64,000 nt of DNA from Candidatus Eiseniibacteriota bacterium. Lineage in GTDB: Bacteria > Eisenbacteria > RBG-16-71-46 > CAZAMP01. Below, in pieces: positions 46,418 through 56,099 of the stretch. The notes under the pieces are model-generated. The model was not told where the DNA came from. It saw nothing but the letters and a program-made list of their open reading frames with translations, and made no database searches. Location of the stretch: assembly GCA_965224245.1 (NCBI GenBank), contig OZ245046.1, forward strand, positions 4,256,001 through 4,320,000, given 5' to 3'. The first letter of the stretch is position 1; every line of letters starts with the position of its first letter. The translations under genes and the position numbers were made by a program.

Positions 46418-47932
46418 ATGGTCGCGCCGCGGCATCTGAACGTCTCGGACGGAGACGTCATCCTTCTCGTCGGAACCATGAAGGGGCTGTTTCTCCTTCG
46501 CTCCAACGGCAACCGCGCCGACTGGGACGTGGGGGGCCCGTACTTTCCCGGACGATCGGTCTACGCGGCGGCGTATGACGGCCGCGCGGGACGCCGGCGT
46601 ATCTGGGCGGGGGGTCTGTCCGAACACTGGGGACCCGGGATCAGCTCCAGCGACGACTTCGGCGCCTCGTGGCAGTCGCCCGAGTCCGCCACGCTCCGCT
46701 TTCCCGACGATGCGGGTGACGAGCTGAAGCAGGTCTGGCAGATCCGTCCCGGTCGCGAGAGCGAGCCCGACACGATGTACGTGGGGGTCGACCCCGCGGC
46801 GCTGTTCGTCTCGACCGACGACGGCACCACGTGGGAGCTGTCGCGCGGGCTCTGGGACCACCCGCACCGCGAGCACTGGAACCCCGGCTACGGTGGGTTG
46901 TGCCTGCACACGATCCTCCCCGACCCCAGGAACCCCGACCGGATCACGGTCGCCGTCTCGGCCGCCGGCGTGTACCAGACCGACGACGGCGGCAGCACCT
47001 GGCACGCGTCGAATCGCGGCATCCGCGCCGAGTTCCTGCCCGACAAGTACCCGGAGTTCGGTCAGTGCGTGCACAAGATCGCGCACCATCCGTCCCGGCC
47101 GCACGTGATGATGCTGCAGAACCACTGGGGACTCTACCGGAGCGACGACGGCGGCGAGCTGTGGCACGACGTCGCCAACGGCGTCCCGTCCGACTTCGGG
47201 TTCGCGATGGCTCAGCATCCGCACGAGCCGGACACGGTGTTCATCGTGCCCATCGAGTCGGACGGATTCCGGTGCACGCCCGAAGGGAAGCTGCGCGTCT
47301 ATCGCACACGGAACGGCGGGGAGAGCTGGGAGCCGCTGACGAACGGCCTGCCGCAGCAGAACGCGCTGGAGACCATCCTTCGGGACGGCATGGATACCGA
47401 CGAGATCGATCCGGCCGGCGTCTACTTCGGAACGCGCAGCGGAAAGGTGTACGCCTCCGCGAACGGCGGTGAGGGATGGACGGTGGCGATCGAGGGCCTT
47501 CCTCCGGTCGTCTGCGTGAAGGCGGCCGTCGTCGGCAGCCTGGACGCGGTCGTGTTCCCGCGCCCGGCACCCAGGCCCGCCGCGAAGACGGCTCCAGCGA
47601 AGAGGAAGGCGGCCAAGAAGAAAGCCGCCAAGAAGAAGAAGACTAAGAAGGCCGCCAAGAAGAAGGCCACCAAGAGAACGGCGACGAAGAAGAAAGTCGC
47701 GAAGAAGAAGACCGCCAAGAAGAAGGCGACGAAGAAGAAGGTCGCGAGGAAGAAGGTCACCAAGAGGAAGGCGACGAAGAAGAAAGTCGCGAAGAGGAAA
47801 GCCGCCAAGAAGAAGGCCACGAAGAGGAAGACCGCCAAGAGGAAGGTCGCCAAGAAGAAGGCCACGAGGAAGAAGGCGACCCGGAAGAAGGCGACGAAGC
47901 GCGGTGGGAAGAAGAAGCGCTCGCGGCGTTAG
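46418..47932 (+). CDS. BNR/Asp-box beta-propeller (sialidase-like) protein with Lys-rich histone-H1-like C-terminal tail
   Basis: Asp-boxes SDDFGASW, STDDGTTW, TDDGGSTW, SDDGGELW and TRNGGESW; tail of KKKA(T/A)K-type repeats. Confidence 0.88.
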   Translation: MVAPRHLNVSDGDVILLVGTMKGLFLLRSNGNRADWDVGGPYFPGRSVYAAAYDGRAGRRRIWAGGLSEHWGPGISSSDDFGASWQSPESATLRFPDDAGDELKQVWQIRPGRESEPDTMYVGVDPAALFVSTDDGTTWELSRGLWDHPHREHWNPGYGGLCLHTILPDPRNPDRITVAVSAAGVYQTDDGGSTWHASNRGIRAEFLPDKYPEFGQCVHKIAHHPSRPHVMMLQNHWGLYRSDDGGELWHDVANGVPSDFGFAMAQHPHEPDTVFIVPIESDGFRCTPEGKLRVYRTRNGGESWEPLTNGLPQQNALETILRDGMDTDEIDPAGVYFGTRSGKVYASANGGEGWTVAIEGLPPVVCVKAAVVGSLDAVVFPRPAPRPAAKTAPAKRKAAKKKAAKKKKTKKAAKKKATKRTATKKKVAKKKTAKKKATKKKVARKKVTKRKATKKKVAKRKAAKKKATKRKTAKRKVAKKKATRKKATRKKATKRGGKKKRSRR

Positions 47933-47971
47933 CCCCGTGCGATCCGCCCGCGGGCCGCTCGAGGAGGTCAG

Positions 47972-48253
47972 ATGACGATCACCGTGCACATCCCGGGCGC
48001 GCTACGCGAGTTCACCGGCGGTCGGGCGTCGGTCTCGCTCGAGACCGACGCCACCACCGTGGGGGCGGCGCTGACCGACCTCTGGGTGACCTACCCCGGG
48101 CTTCGGGATCGCGTCACCACCGAGCAGGGCCGGGTCCGGCCCCACGTGAACGTGTTCGTCGGAACCGAGAGCATCCGGTACACCGGAGGGCTCGACTCAC
48201 CGGTCTCGGACCGGGACGAGATCTCGATCATCCCGGCCGTCAGCGGCGGATAG
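47972..48253 (+). CDS. MoaD/ThiS-family ubiquitin-like sulfur carrier
   Basis: IPGALR, HVNVFV and C-terminal IPAVSGG. Confidence 0.92.
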   Translation: MTITVHIPGALREFTGGRASVSLETDATTVGAALTDLWVTYPGLRDRVTTEQGRVRPHVNVFVGTESIRYTGGLDSPVSDRDEISIIPAVSGG

Positions 48254-48334
48254 CTCGAGTGGCGTGCCGTCGCCCCGCGGCGGCACGCCCCCCTCCCGGG
48301 GCGCCGCGTGTCGCTCCCGCCCCCTCGAGCGACG

Positions 48335-49282
48335 CTACTGCGGAAAGAGCGAGCTGATGCTCTCCCGATCGTGGACCCGGCGGATCGCCTCGCCGAAGAG
48401 TGGCGCCACGCTCACGACCTCGATCTTGGGCGAGAACGCGACCGGCTGCGTCTCGATGGTGTCGGTCACGAACAGCCGACGAATGGGGCTCTGGTCCAGC
48501 CGTTCCATCGAGCCCTCGGTGAAGACCCCGTGGGTGACCATCGCGTAGACGCGCTGCGCGCCGTTCTCGACCAGTCGTTTCGCGCACTCGGTGAGCGTTC
48601 CCGCGGTGGTCGTGAAGTCGTCGATGATCACCGCCGTCTTCCCCGACACGTCGCCGATGATCTCGAGCACCGTGGCCAGCTCCTGGTCGACCCGCCGCTC
48701 CTTGTTCGCGATCGCCAGCGACGTCCCCAGAAACGAGGCGTACTTCCGTGCCTGCTTCGCGAAGCCCGCGTCGGGCGATACCACGACCATGTCCGGAAGC
48801 CGGCGCTTCTGGAGCGCCTCGCACAAGGGCTGGAGGGCGTAGAGAACGTCCACCGGGCGGCGGAAGAACCCCGCGAGCTGCGGCGCATGCAGGTCCATCG
48901 TGATGACACGATCGGCGCCGGCGACCTCGATTGCATCCGCACAGACGCGGGCCCGGATCGAGACGCGCGGCTCGTCCTTCTTGTCGCCCTTGGCGTAGCT
49001 GAAGTACGGCATCACGACGGTGACCGCCTCGGCGCTGGCGCGCTTCAGCGCGTCGATCCAGAAGAGCAGCTCCATGAAGTTGTCGTTCGTCGGGAACACC
49101 GTGCTCTGGATCACGTAGGTGCGCCGCCCGCGGACGTTCTCCTCGACCTTGACGAAGAGGTTGCCGTCGCCGTACCGGCGCACGGTGCCGCGCCCCGGGC
49201 TCACGCGCAGGTAGTCACAGATCGCCGCGGTGAGCCGGCGACTTCCCGATCCCCCGAACACGACCTTGTCCTCGACCGACAT
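48335..49282 (-). CDS. prs: Ribose-phosphate pyrophosphokinase
   Basis: ENVRG, NDNFMEL, PYFSYA, MDLHA, VVSPDAG, IDDFTTTAGT and SISSLF. Confidence 0.95.
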   Translation of the reverse strand: MSVEDKVVFGGSGSRRLTAAICDYLRVSPGRGTVRRYGDGNLFVKVEENVRGRRTYVIQSTVFPTNDNFMELLFWIDALKRASAEAVTVVMPYFSYAKGDKKDEPRVSIRARVCADAIEVAGADRVITMDLHAPQLAGFFRRPVDVLYALQPLCEALQKRRLPDMVVVSPDAGFAKQARKYASFLGTSLAIANKERRVDQELATVLEIIGDVSGKTAVIIDDFTTTAGTLTECAKRLVENGAQRVYAMVTHGVFTEGSMERLDQSPIRRLFVTDTIETQPVAFSPKIEVVSVAPLFGEAIRRVHDRESISSLFPQ

Positions 49283-49448
49283 GCGATACTCCCGATGACC
49301 GCCCGCAGACACTGTATCCAAGCGGGTCCCGGTGGCGAACCGGAATCTGACGGTTCTCGACCCGGCCCACACGCGTTACCATCCGACGCGCTCCACGACG
49401 TGCCCGCGAGCCGTCACACACCTCCGGCAGCGAGGACCGACCCCGACG

Positions 49449-52400
49449 ATGCGATCCCTGGTGGCCCTGGCCGTTCGCCGGCGCGTGACGATCAACATGA
49501 TCGTGCTGATGTTCGTCGTGTTCGGCGCCGTCGGATACTCGCGGCTGAACCTCGATCTCCTGCCCGACATCGACTACCCCTCGCTGACGGTGCGGACCGA
49601 GTTCCCCAACACGGCACCCCCGGAGATCGAGACCCTGGTGACCCGGCCGGTGGAGGAGGCGGTCGGGGTCCTGCGCGGTCTCGAGCGCATGCACTCGGTC
49701 TCCCGGAGCGGGCTCTCGGAGGTCACGCTGGCGTTCCGCTGGGACACCGACCTCGACGCGGTCTCGCTCGACGTCCGCGAGAAGCTGGACCGGCTGACGC
49801 TGCCCGACGAGGCCGAGCCTCCCATCGTGCTCCGGTTCGATCCCTCGCTGGATCCCATTCTGCGGCTGGCCGTGATGCCCCCCGGCGGAATCGAGGACGC
49901 ACGGCGGCTGGTCGAGAAGCGCACGAAGACCTCCCTGGAGACGATCCAGGGCGTCGCCGCCGCCGACGTGATGGGCGGCCTCGAGGAGGAGATCCAGATC
50001 GATCTGGATCAGGAGCGCATGACGGCGCTCGGGCTCACGCTCGAGGAGGTGCGGAGCCTCGTCTCCACCTCCAACGTGAACCTCCCCGGCGGGGCGCTGG
50101 AGGACGTCGACAACCGCTACCTGATCCGCACGATCAACGAGTTCGACAGCGTGGAGGAGATCTCGCAGCTCGTCGTCCGGCGGCGGGGCGACAGCATCGT
50201 CCGGCTGGGTGACGTGGCCGACGTCCGGCTCGGCAGCCCCGATCGCGAGGAGATCACGCGGGTCGACGGCCGGGAGTGCGTGGAGATCGCCGTGTTCAAG
50301 GAGGGTGACGACAACACGGTGCAGGTCGCCAAACGCGTACGCGGCGCCCTCGAGGAGCTCGAGCGCGAGCTTCCCGAGGGGTACCGGATGCAGGTGCTGT
50401 TCGATCAGTCCCGCTTCATCGAGCAGGCGGTCGGTGAGGTACGGAGCGCCCTCGTCGTCGGCGGCATGCTGGCCGTTCTGGTGCTTCTCGCGTTCCTGCG
50501 CGATGCACGGAGCACGCTCATCATCGCCACGTCGATCCCGGTATCGGTCATCACCGCGTTCGTGTTCATGTACCGGTTCGACGTCTCGCTGAACATCATG
50601 TCGCTGGGCGGACTCACGCTCGGGATCGGGATGCTCGTGGACAACGCGATCGTCGTCCTGGAGTCGATCTTCCGGCACCGGCGCACGGCGCCGACACCCG
50701 CGCGGGCCGCGATCGACGGCACCAGCGAGGTGGCCGGCGCGGTGGTCGCGGCCACGCTCACGACGGTGGCCGTGTTCCTGCCGATCGTGTTCGTCGAGGG
50801 CATCGCGGGCCAGCTCTTCGGGGACATGGCGCTGACGGTGACCCTGAGCCTCCTCGCGTCGCTGGCCATCGCGTTGACGTTGATCCCGATGCTGAGCTCG
50901 CTGGGTGGGCGGCCGGCGGACCGCGCGGACGCCGCCCCGCGCGACCCGGCCACGCCGCCGGGTCGCGACGCCGGCGCCGTGGCGTCGCTGGGTGCGTTCT
51001 CCCGCGGGTACGACCGGGTGCTTCGCGGAGCGCTCCGGCATCGCTGGGCGACGCTCGGCGTGGCCGTGGTGCTTCTCGGCTTGGCGATGTTCGGCCTGTC
51101 CCGGGTGGACACCGAGCTCGTTCCCGCGATCTCCGAGGGCGAGATCGCGTTCGAGGTCACGCTCCCCGAGGGCACCGCGCTGGCCAAGACGGACCGGACG
51201 ATCCAGCACGCCGAGGCCGCTCTGGCCGGTGATCCCCGCGTGGATCGCTACTACGTGCGCGTGGGGAGCCGCCTCGTCACCGGCGGCATGGCGCTGAACC
51301 CGAAGGCCGAGCACCTCGGACAGCTCAACGTCGTCCTCGCCGACCGGCGCGACGAGACCGCCCAGGCCGCGATCGCCGACGTCGTCCGATCGCGCTTCGC
51401 GGCCATCCCGGACGCCCAGGCGCGAGAAGGTCGACCCAGCTACTTCACGCTGGAGACACCGATCGAGGTCGTGCTGTTCGGAGACGACCTGGACGCGCTC
51501 CGGGCGGCCGGCGACGCGATCGCCGCCGACATGCGCGCCGCCGGCATCTTCGTCGACGTCCGCTCGTCGATGGAGGAGGGGTTCCCCGAGCTCCAGATCG
51601 TGTTCGATCGGGATCGGCTGGCCGCCCTCGGGCTCACCACGCGCGAGCTCTCCGAGACGCTGCGCGATCGCGTGGAGGGCGACGTGGCCACGCGCTTCCG
51701 CGAGGCCGATCGCCAGATCGACGTTCGCATCCGGAACCGTCTCCAGGATCGCGACACGCGGAACGACGTGGCCAATCTCGTGGTGCCGGGCCCGGACGGC
51801 GCCGCGGTGCGGCTGGTCACGATCGCCGACATCGTCGAGTCGCGCGGGCCGGCCGAGATCCATCGCATCTCGCAGCAGCGAGCGGCCGTCATCACGTCGA
51901 ACCTGGACGGCGTGGGGCTCGGCGAGGCGGTGACCCGGCTCGAGTCGATCCTGGCCGGTGCGGCGCTTCCCGTGGACGTCACCTCCGAGATCGCCGGACA
52001 GAACCGTGAGATGAAGGTTTCCTTCGCGAGCCTCCGCTTCGCCATCGGGCTGGCGATCTTCCTCGTCTACCTCGTGATGGCGGCCACGTTCGAGTCCCTC
52101 GTGCACCCGTTCGTCGTGCTGTTCACGGTCCCCTTCGCGCTGATCGGTGTCGCGGTCGGGCTCGTGGTCACGCAGACCCCGATCAGCGTCATCGTGCTGA
52201 TCGGTGCGATCATGCTGGTCGGCATCGTGGTCAACAACGCGATCGTGCTGATCGATCGCGTCAATCAGCTGAGACGAGCCGGCGTGGATAAGACCGACGC
52301 GATCGTGAGGGGCGCCCACGTACGACTGCGACCGATCCTGATGACCACGGCGACCACCGTGCTCGGGCTGGTGCCGATGGCGCTGACGTTCGGGCAAGGG

Positions 52401-52535
52401 GCCGAGCTGCGGTCACCGCTCGCGATCACGGTGGCGTTCGGGCTCACGTTCGGCACGGGGCTGACGCTGATCGTGATCCCGGTGGTCTACGCGATCGTTC
52501 CGGCGGGAGCCGGTCGCACCGAGACGGGCGCCTGA
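49449..52535 (+). CDS. RND efflux permease (AcrB/MdtB-like) subunit 1
   Basis: LLPDIDYP, SLNIMSLGGL, MLVDNAIVV, VNNAIV and RLRPILMT. Confidence 0.95.
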   Translation: MRSLVALAVRRRVTINMIVLMFVVFGAVGYSRLNLDLLPDIDYPSLTVRTEFPNTAPPEIETLVTRPVEEAVGVLRGLERMHSVSRSGLSEVTLAFRWDTDLDAVSLDVREKLDRLTLPDEAEPPIVLRFDPSLDPILRLAVMPPGGIEDARRLVEKRTKTSLETIQGVAAADVMGGLEEEIQIDLDQERMTALGLTLEEVRSLVSTSNVNLPGGALEDVDNRYLIRTINEFDSVEEISQLVVRRRGDSIVRLGDVADVRLGSPDREEITRVDGRECVEIAVFKEGDDNTVQVAKRVRGALEELERELPEGYRMQVLFDQSRFIEQAVGEVRSALVVGGMLAVLVLLAFLRDARSTLIIATSIPVSVITAFVFMYRFDVSLNIMSLGGLTLGIGMLVDNAIVVLESIFRHRRTAPTPARAAIDGTSEVAGAVVAATLTTVAVFLPIVFVEGIAGQLFGDMALTVTLSLLASLAIALTLIPMLSSLGGRPADRADAAPRDPATPPGRDAGAVASLGAFSRGYDRVLRGALRHRWATLGVAVVLLGLAMFGLSRVDTELVPAISEGEIAFEVTLPEGTALAKTDRTIQHAEAALAGDPRVDRYYVRVGSRLVTGGMALNPKAEHLGQLNVVLADRRDETAQAAIADVVRSRFAAIPDAQAREGRPSYFTLETPIEVVLFGDDLDALRAAGDAIAADMRAAGIFVDVRSSMEEGFPELQIVFDRDRLAALGLTTRELSETLRDRVEGDVATRFREADRQIDVRIRNRLQDRDTRNDVANLVVPGPDGAAVRLVTIADIVESRGPAEIHRISQQRAAVITSNLDGVGLGEAVTRLESILAGAALPVDVTSEIAGQNREMKVSFASLRFAIGLAIFLVYLVMAATFESLVHPFVVLFTVPFALIGVAVGLVVTQTPISVIVLIGAIMLVGIVVNNAIVLIDRVNQLRRAGVDKTDAIVRGAHVRLRPILMTTATTVLGLVPMALTFGQGAELRSPLAITVAFGLTFGTGLTLIVIPVVYAIVPAGAGRTETGA

Positions 52536-52613
52536 CCGCGCCGGGAACGTCGCGCGGCACGTCGCCGATCGGCCGCGCGGTCCACCGGAACGCGGGACGA
52601 TCACCCCATCCGG

Positions 52614-55600
52614 CTAAAACCGCCGCGACGGCACCGGCGGCCACTCCGGCTCGCCCACCGACCGGGTCTCGAGCTGCTCCATCGCGATCGCGATCGCGCG
52701 CTCGAGCTGCGGGTCCTTCCCCGCGGCGCTCGACGCCGGGTCCATGTCGACCTCGACGTCCGGATCCACCCCGTAGTTCTCGATGTTCCAGCCCGGTCCA
52801 TCGAAGTAGCACGAGAACTCCGGCTGGGTGACCGTCGTCCCGTCGGCGAGGAGGAAGTCGACGTTGATGCCGATCACGCCACCCCAGGTACGCTTGCCCA
52901 CGAGCGTGCCGATCTCGTACGCCTTGAACGCATGGCTGAAGATGTCCCCATCGGAGCCCGCGAACTGATCGCAGAGCGCGACGATCGGTCCGCGCACCGT
53001 ATCCGCCGGATAGGTCTCCGGCCTCCCGTACCGCGGGCGCTCCCACCCGATCACCCGCCGGCGAAGCCGCTCGATGATCAGCTGGGAGACGAAGCCGCCC
53101 CCGTTGCTCCGCGCGTCGACGATGAGCCCGTCGCGCCGGGATTCCGTGCGAAACGACCGCAGGAACTCCGAGAGCCCGAGCCCGCTCATGTTGGGAACGT
53201 GCACGTAGCCGAGGCGTCCGTCCGATGCCTCGGCCACCGCGCGCCGCGTCCGCCGGACCCAGTCGCGATAGCGAAGCCGCTTCTCGGACGCGAGCGTCCG
53301 GACGTCCACGCGCCGTCGCTCTCCGCCGCCGGCCGGCTCCAGCACGATCTCGACGTCGGTCGCCGCGGCGTGCACGAGGAGCCGACGCGGGTCGTCGCGC
53401 TCGGAGACGGCGTGGCCGGCCACGCCCACGATCCGATCCCCCACCTCGGCCCGGACGCCGGGCGCGCCGAGCGGCGAGCTCACGTCGGGATCCCACGGGT
53501 CTCCCTCGAGGAAGCGATCGATCCGGTACCCCGTCCCGTCCCAGGTCGTCTCCACGCCGAGGAGCCCGACCGGATACGCCTTGCGGGCCGGATAGTCGCC
53601 GCCCCACTCGTACGCGTGAGACGTGCCCAGCTCACCCTGCATCTCCCAGATCACGTCGGAGAGCTCGGCGCGCGTCGTGACGCGACTCACCAGCGGCAGG
53701 TAGCGCTCGCGGATGTCGTCCCAGTCCACCTCGGCCATGTTCTCGGCCCAGAAGTGCGTTCGCTGGAGGCGCCACGCCTCCTCGAACATCTGACGCCACT
53801 CGTCGCCCGGCACCACGTCCACGCGGAGCCGATCCAGATCGATCGTGCCGCTCTGCCGCGAGTGCCCCGGATGCGGCGGCTCCTTGGGTGGCTCCTCGCC
53901 GGTCTCCAGCAGGTACAGCTCCTCCTCGGCGAGGGCCAGCGTCCGGCCGGCCCGCACGTCGATCGCCTTCACCGCGTCGATCAACGTGGAGAGCTTGCCG
54001 GTCCGGAGCTCGTAGCATTCGAGCGACGGCTTCAGATCGTGGTCCAGGTCGTCCTCGTCGCGCTCGTGATCGAGGAGCCCCAGGATCGGCCAGGATCGGA
54101 AGACCAGCTTGTCGTCATCGACGTGGAGATCCCCGTAGTCGCCCGGATGCACGTGGGGGCACACGGCCATGCGCGACTCGAGTCCCTCGAGATCCACCCG
54201 GATCGGCTCGACCTCGGCGTCCGCGTCGCCACCGGTCTCCGATCCGGACGCGGACTTGCCGCGGCCGTGGTCCTTGTCCGACTCGTCGCTCTTGTCCTTC
54301 TCCTCGCTCTCCAGCACCTCGCGCCAGCGGTCGTCGAACGGCGAGATCTGATCCGACGCCAGCACGTACGCGTAGATGCGCGACGACTGGACGCACGCGG
54401 TGGCGAAGGACGAGCTGTCGATCGCCGGGTTGAAGGTCCGCTCCGAGACGACGAACAGGAACCGTCCCTTCGGGTCGAACGCGGGGGAGTGCGTGGGCAC
54501 GTCGTCGTCGTTCAGACGGATCGAGCGCCCGGTCGCGATCTCGAGCAGATGCGCCCGCCCGCCCTCGACCAGCCAGGAGATCGGCTCGACGTACGCGAGC
54601 CAGGCCCCGTCGGGCGAGAACGCCACGTCGTGGATCGGTCCCGTCCGCGGATCGGCGAGGACGCTCGCGGCGTCGGGGTTGTCGACGTCGGCGTAGAAGA
54701 GCTTGCCGGACACGTCGGTCGCCGCGACCGCGCGCCGGGCCGGGCATGCGTAGAGCGCCTTCAACCGCTTGCTTCCCGGCAGGACGAAGCGGCGGCGGCA
54801 CTCGCCGGTGGCCACGTCGTGCAGCTCGATGCCTTCCTCGCCGCCGGCATCGGACATCACCGCGATCTCCTCACCGCCGGTGATCCAGACCGCCTCGCGA
54901 TAACGAACGCCCGATGCCTCGCCGACGCGCCGGACGGCGCCCCCCCACGCCGCCGCGGTGACGCACTTGCCGCGCACCACGGCCGCCAGATGCTTGCCGT
55001 CGGGTGAGAGCGCGAGGTGCTGGAGCTGCGTGTGCGGATCCACGAACTTCCGCTGGAGCTGCGTACCGCTCGGCGCGGCATTCAGCTCGACGAGCGAGTC
55101 CTGGCCGCTCCGGGTGTCGTAGCGACGGATCCGCCCGCCGTGCTGATACACGAGCGTCGCGCCATGTCGCTTCAGGTGTCGCGCGTAGAAGTCACGATGC
55201 CGGGTGTGCTGGGTCAGATCGTTCCCGTCCGACGTGCAGGACCAGAGGTTGCCGTAGCCGTCCGAGTCGTCGATGACGTACACGCGATCACCGCAGAACG
55301 TGGGCAGCACCGGGTTGCCGTCGACCTCGATCAGGCGCGAGAACTGCTGCTCGCGAAGCGAGCCGATCCACACGTCACCGGCGGTGCCGCCCCGATAGCG
55401 CTTCCAGCGGGCGGAATCGGTCGCGTTGAGCCCGAGGACGACGCGGTCTCCATCGGTCGTCTCGTCGAAGGAGATGTGCATCGCCCGCCCGACCGGAATG
55501 CGCGTGCAGCCGGTGCCGTCGATCCGGATCGTATACAGGTGGCGATCGCTCCGGAGCGCGCCGCCGCGCCCGGAGCCGTACACGATCGTGTCGTCGCTCC

Positions 55601-55877
55601 GGAAGCCGATCACGGTGGAGGCGTCGGCCTCGTACGTGACGCGCTGCGGCACACCGCCGGTCACCGGACATACGAACACCTCGACGGGTCCCTCCGCGTT
55701 GCTCTGGAACGCGATCAGCGACCCGTCGGGTGAGAAGGCCGGATGCTCGACCCGGCCGAACCCGGACGTGAGACGGCGTGCGTCGCCGCCCTCGGCCGGC
55801 GCGACCCACAGGTCGTCTTCGGCCACGAAGGCGATGTGTCGGTCCGAGAGGGCCGGAAAGCGAAGATAGAGGGACAT
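52614..55877 (-). CDS. Tricorn protease (S41, beta-propellers + PDZ), no signal peptide
   Basis: WKRYRGG, ELGTSHAY, GYVHVPNM, NGGG, AGSDGD (catalytic Ser), TWGG, ENYGVDPD and DPQLE. Confidence 0.95.
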   Translation of the reverse strand: MSLYLRFPALSDRHIAFVAEDDLWVAPAEGGDARRLTSGFGRVEHPAFSPDGSLIAFQSNAEGPVEVFVCPVTGGVPQRVTYEADASTVIGFRSDDTIVYGSGRGGALRSDRHLYTIRIDGTGCTRIPVGRAMHISFDETTDGDRVVLGLNATDSARWKRYRGGTAGDVWIGSLREQQFSRLIEVDGNPVLPTFCGDRVYVIDDSDGYGNLWSCTSDGNDLTQHTRHRDFYARHLKRHGATLVYQHGGRIRRYDTRSGQDSLVELNAAPSGTQLQRKFVDPHTQLQHLALSPDGKHLAAVVRGKCVTAAAWGGAVRRVGEASGVRYREAVWITGGEEIAVMSDAGGEEGIELHDVATGECRRRFVLPGSKRLKALYACPARRAVAATDVSGKLFYADVDNPDAASVLADPRTGPIHDVAFSPDGAWLAYVEPISWLVEGGRAHLLEIATGRSIRLNDDDVPTHSPAFDPKGRFLFVVSERTFNPAIDSSSFATACVQSSRIYAYVLASDQISPFDDRWREVLESEEKDKSDESDKDHGRGKSASGSETGGDADAEVEPIRVDLEGLESRMAVCPHVHPGDYGDLHVDDDKLVFRSWPILGLLDHERDEDDLDHDLKPSLECYELRTGKLSTLIDAVKAIDVRAGRTLALAEEELYLLETGEEPPKEPPHPGHSRQSGTIDLDRLRVDVVPGDEWRQMFEEAWRLQRTHFWAENMAEVDWDDIRERYLPLVSRVTTRAELSDVIWEMQGELGTSHAYEWGGDYPARKAYPVGLLGVETTWDGTGYRIDRFLEGDPWDPDVSSPLGAPGVRAEVGDRIVGVAGHAVSERDDPRRLLVHAAATDVEIVLEPAGGGERRRVDVRTLASEKRLRYRDWVRRTRRAVAEASDGRLGYVHVPNMSGLGLSEFLRSFRTESRRDGLIVDARSNGGGFVSQLIIERLRRRVIGWERPRYGRPETYPADTVRGPIVALCDQFAGSDGDIFSHAFKAYEIGTLVGKRTWGGVIGINVDFLLADGTTVTQPEFSCYFDGPGWNIENYGVDPDVEVDMDPASSAAGKDPQLERAIAIAMEQLETRSVGEPEWPPVPSRRF

Positions 55878-56099
55878 GAGAGATCTCCAGCATCGTCGGG
55901 AAGCGCGACCTGTCGAGGCGGCGCGAGAATGTCGGGACTTGGAGGCCGACAAGGATACTCCCTCCGGCCTCGGCGGCACATCCCGAAAGGGCGATCGTCC
56001 CTCCCTGGATCGTCCGGGACCGCTCGAGCGACCGCCGAAGCGGCGCGCCCGCCGGATGGCGGCTGGTCCAGGATCACCGACCTCTGTAGACTACGGCGC

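Noticed and set aside
47422-47865. Hydrophobic Phe-rich minus-strand ORF as a membrane protein
   Set aside because: It is the reverse complement of the AAG-rich lysine tail.
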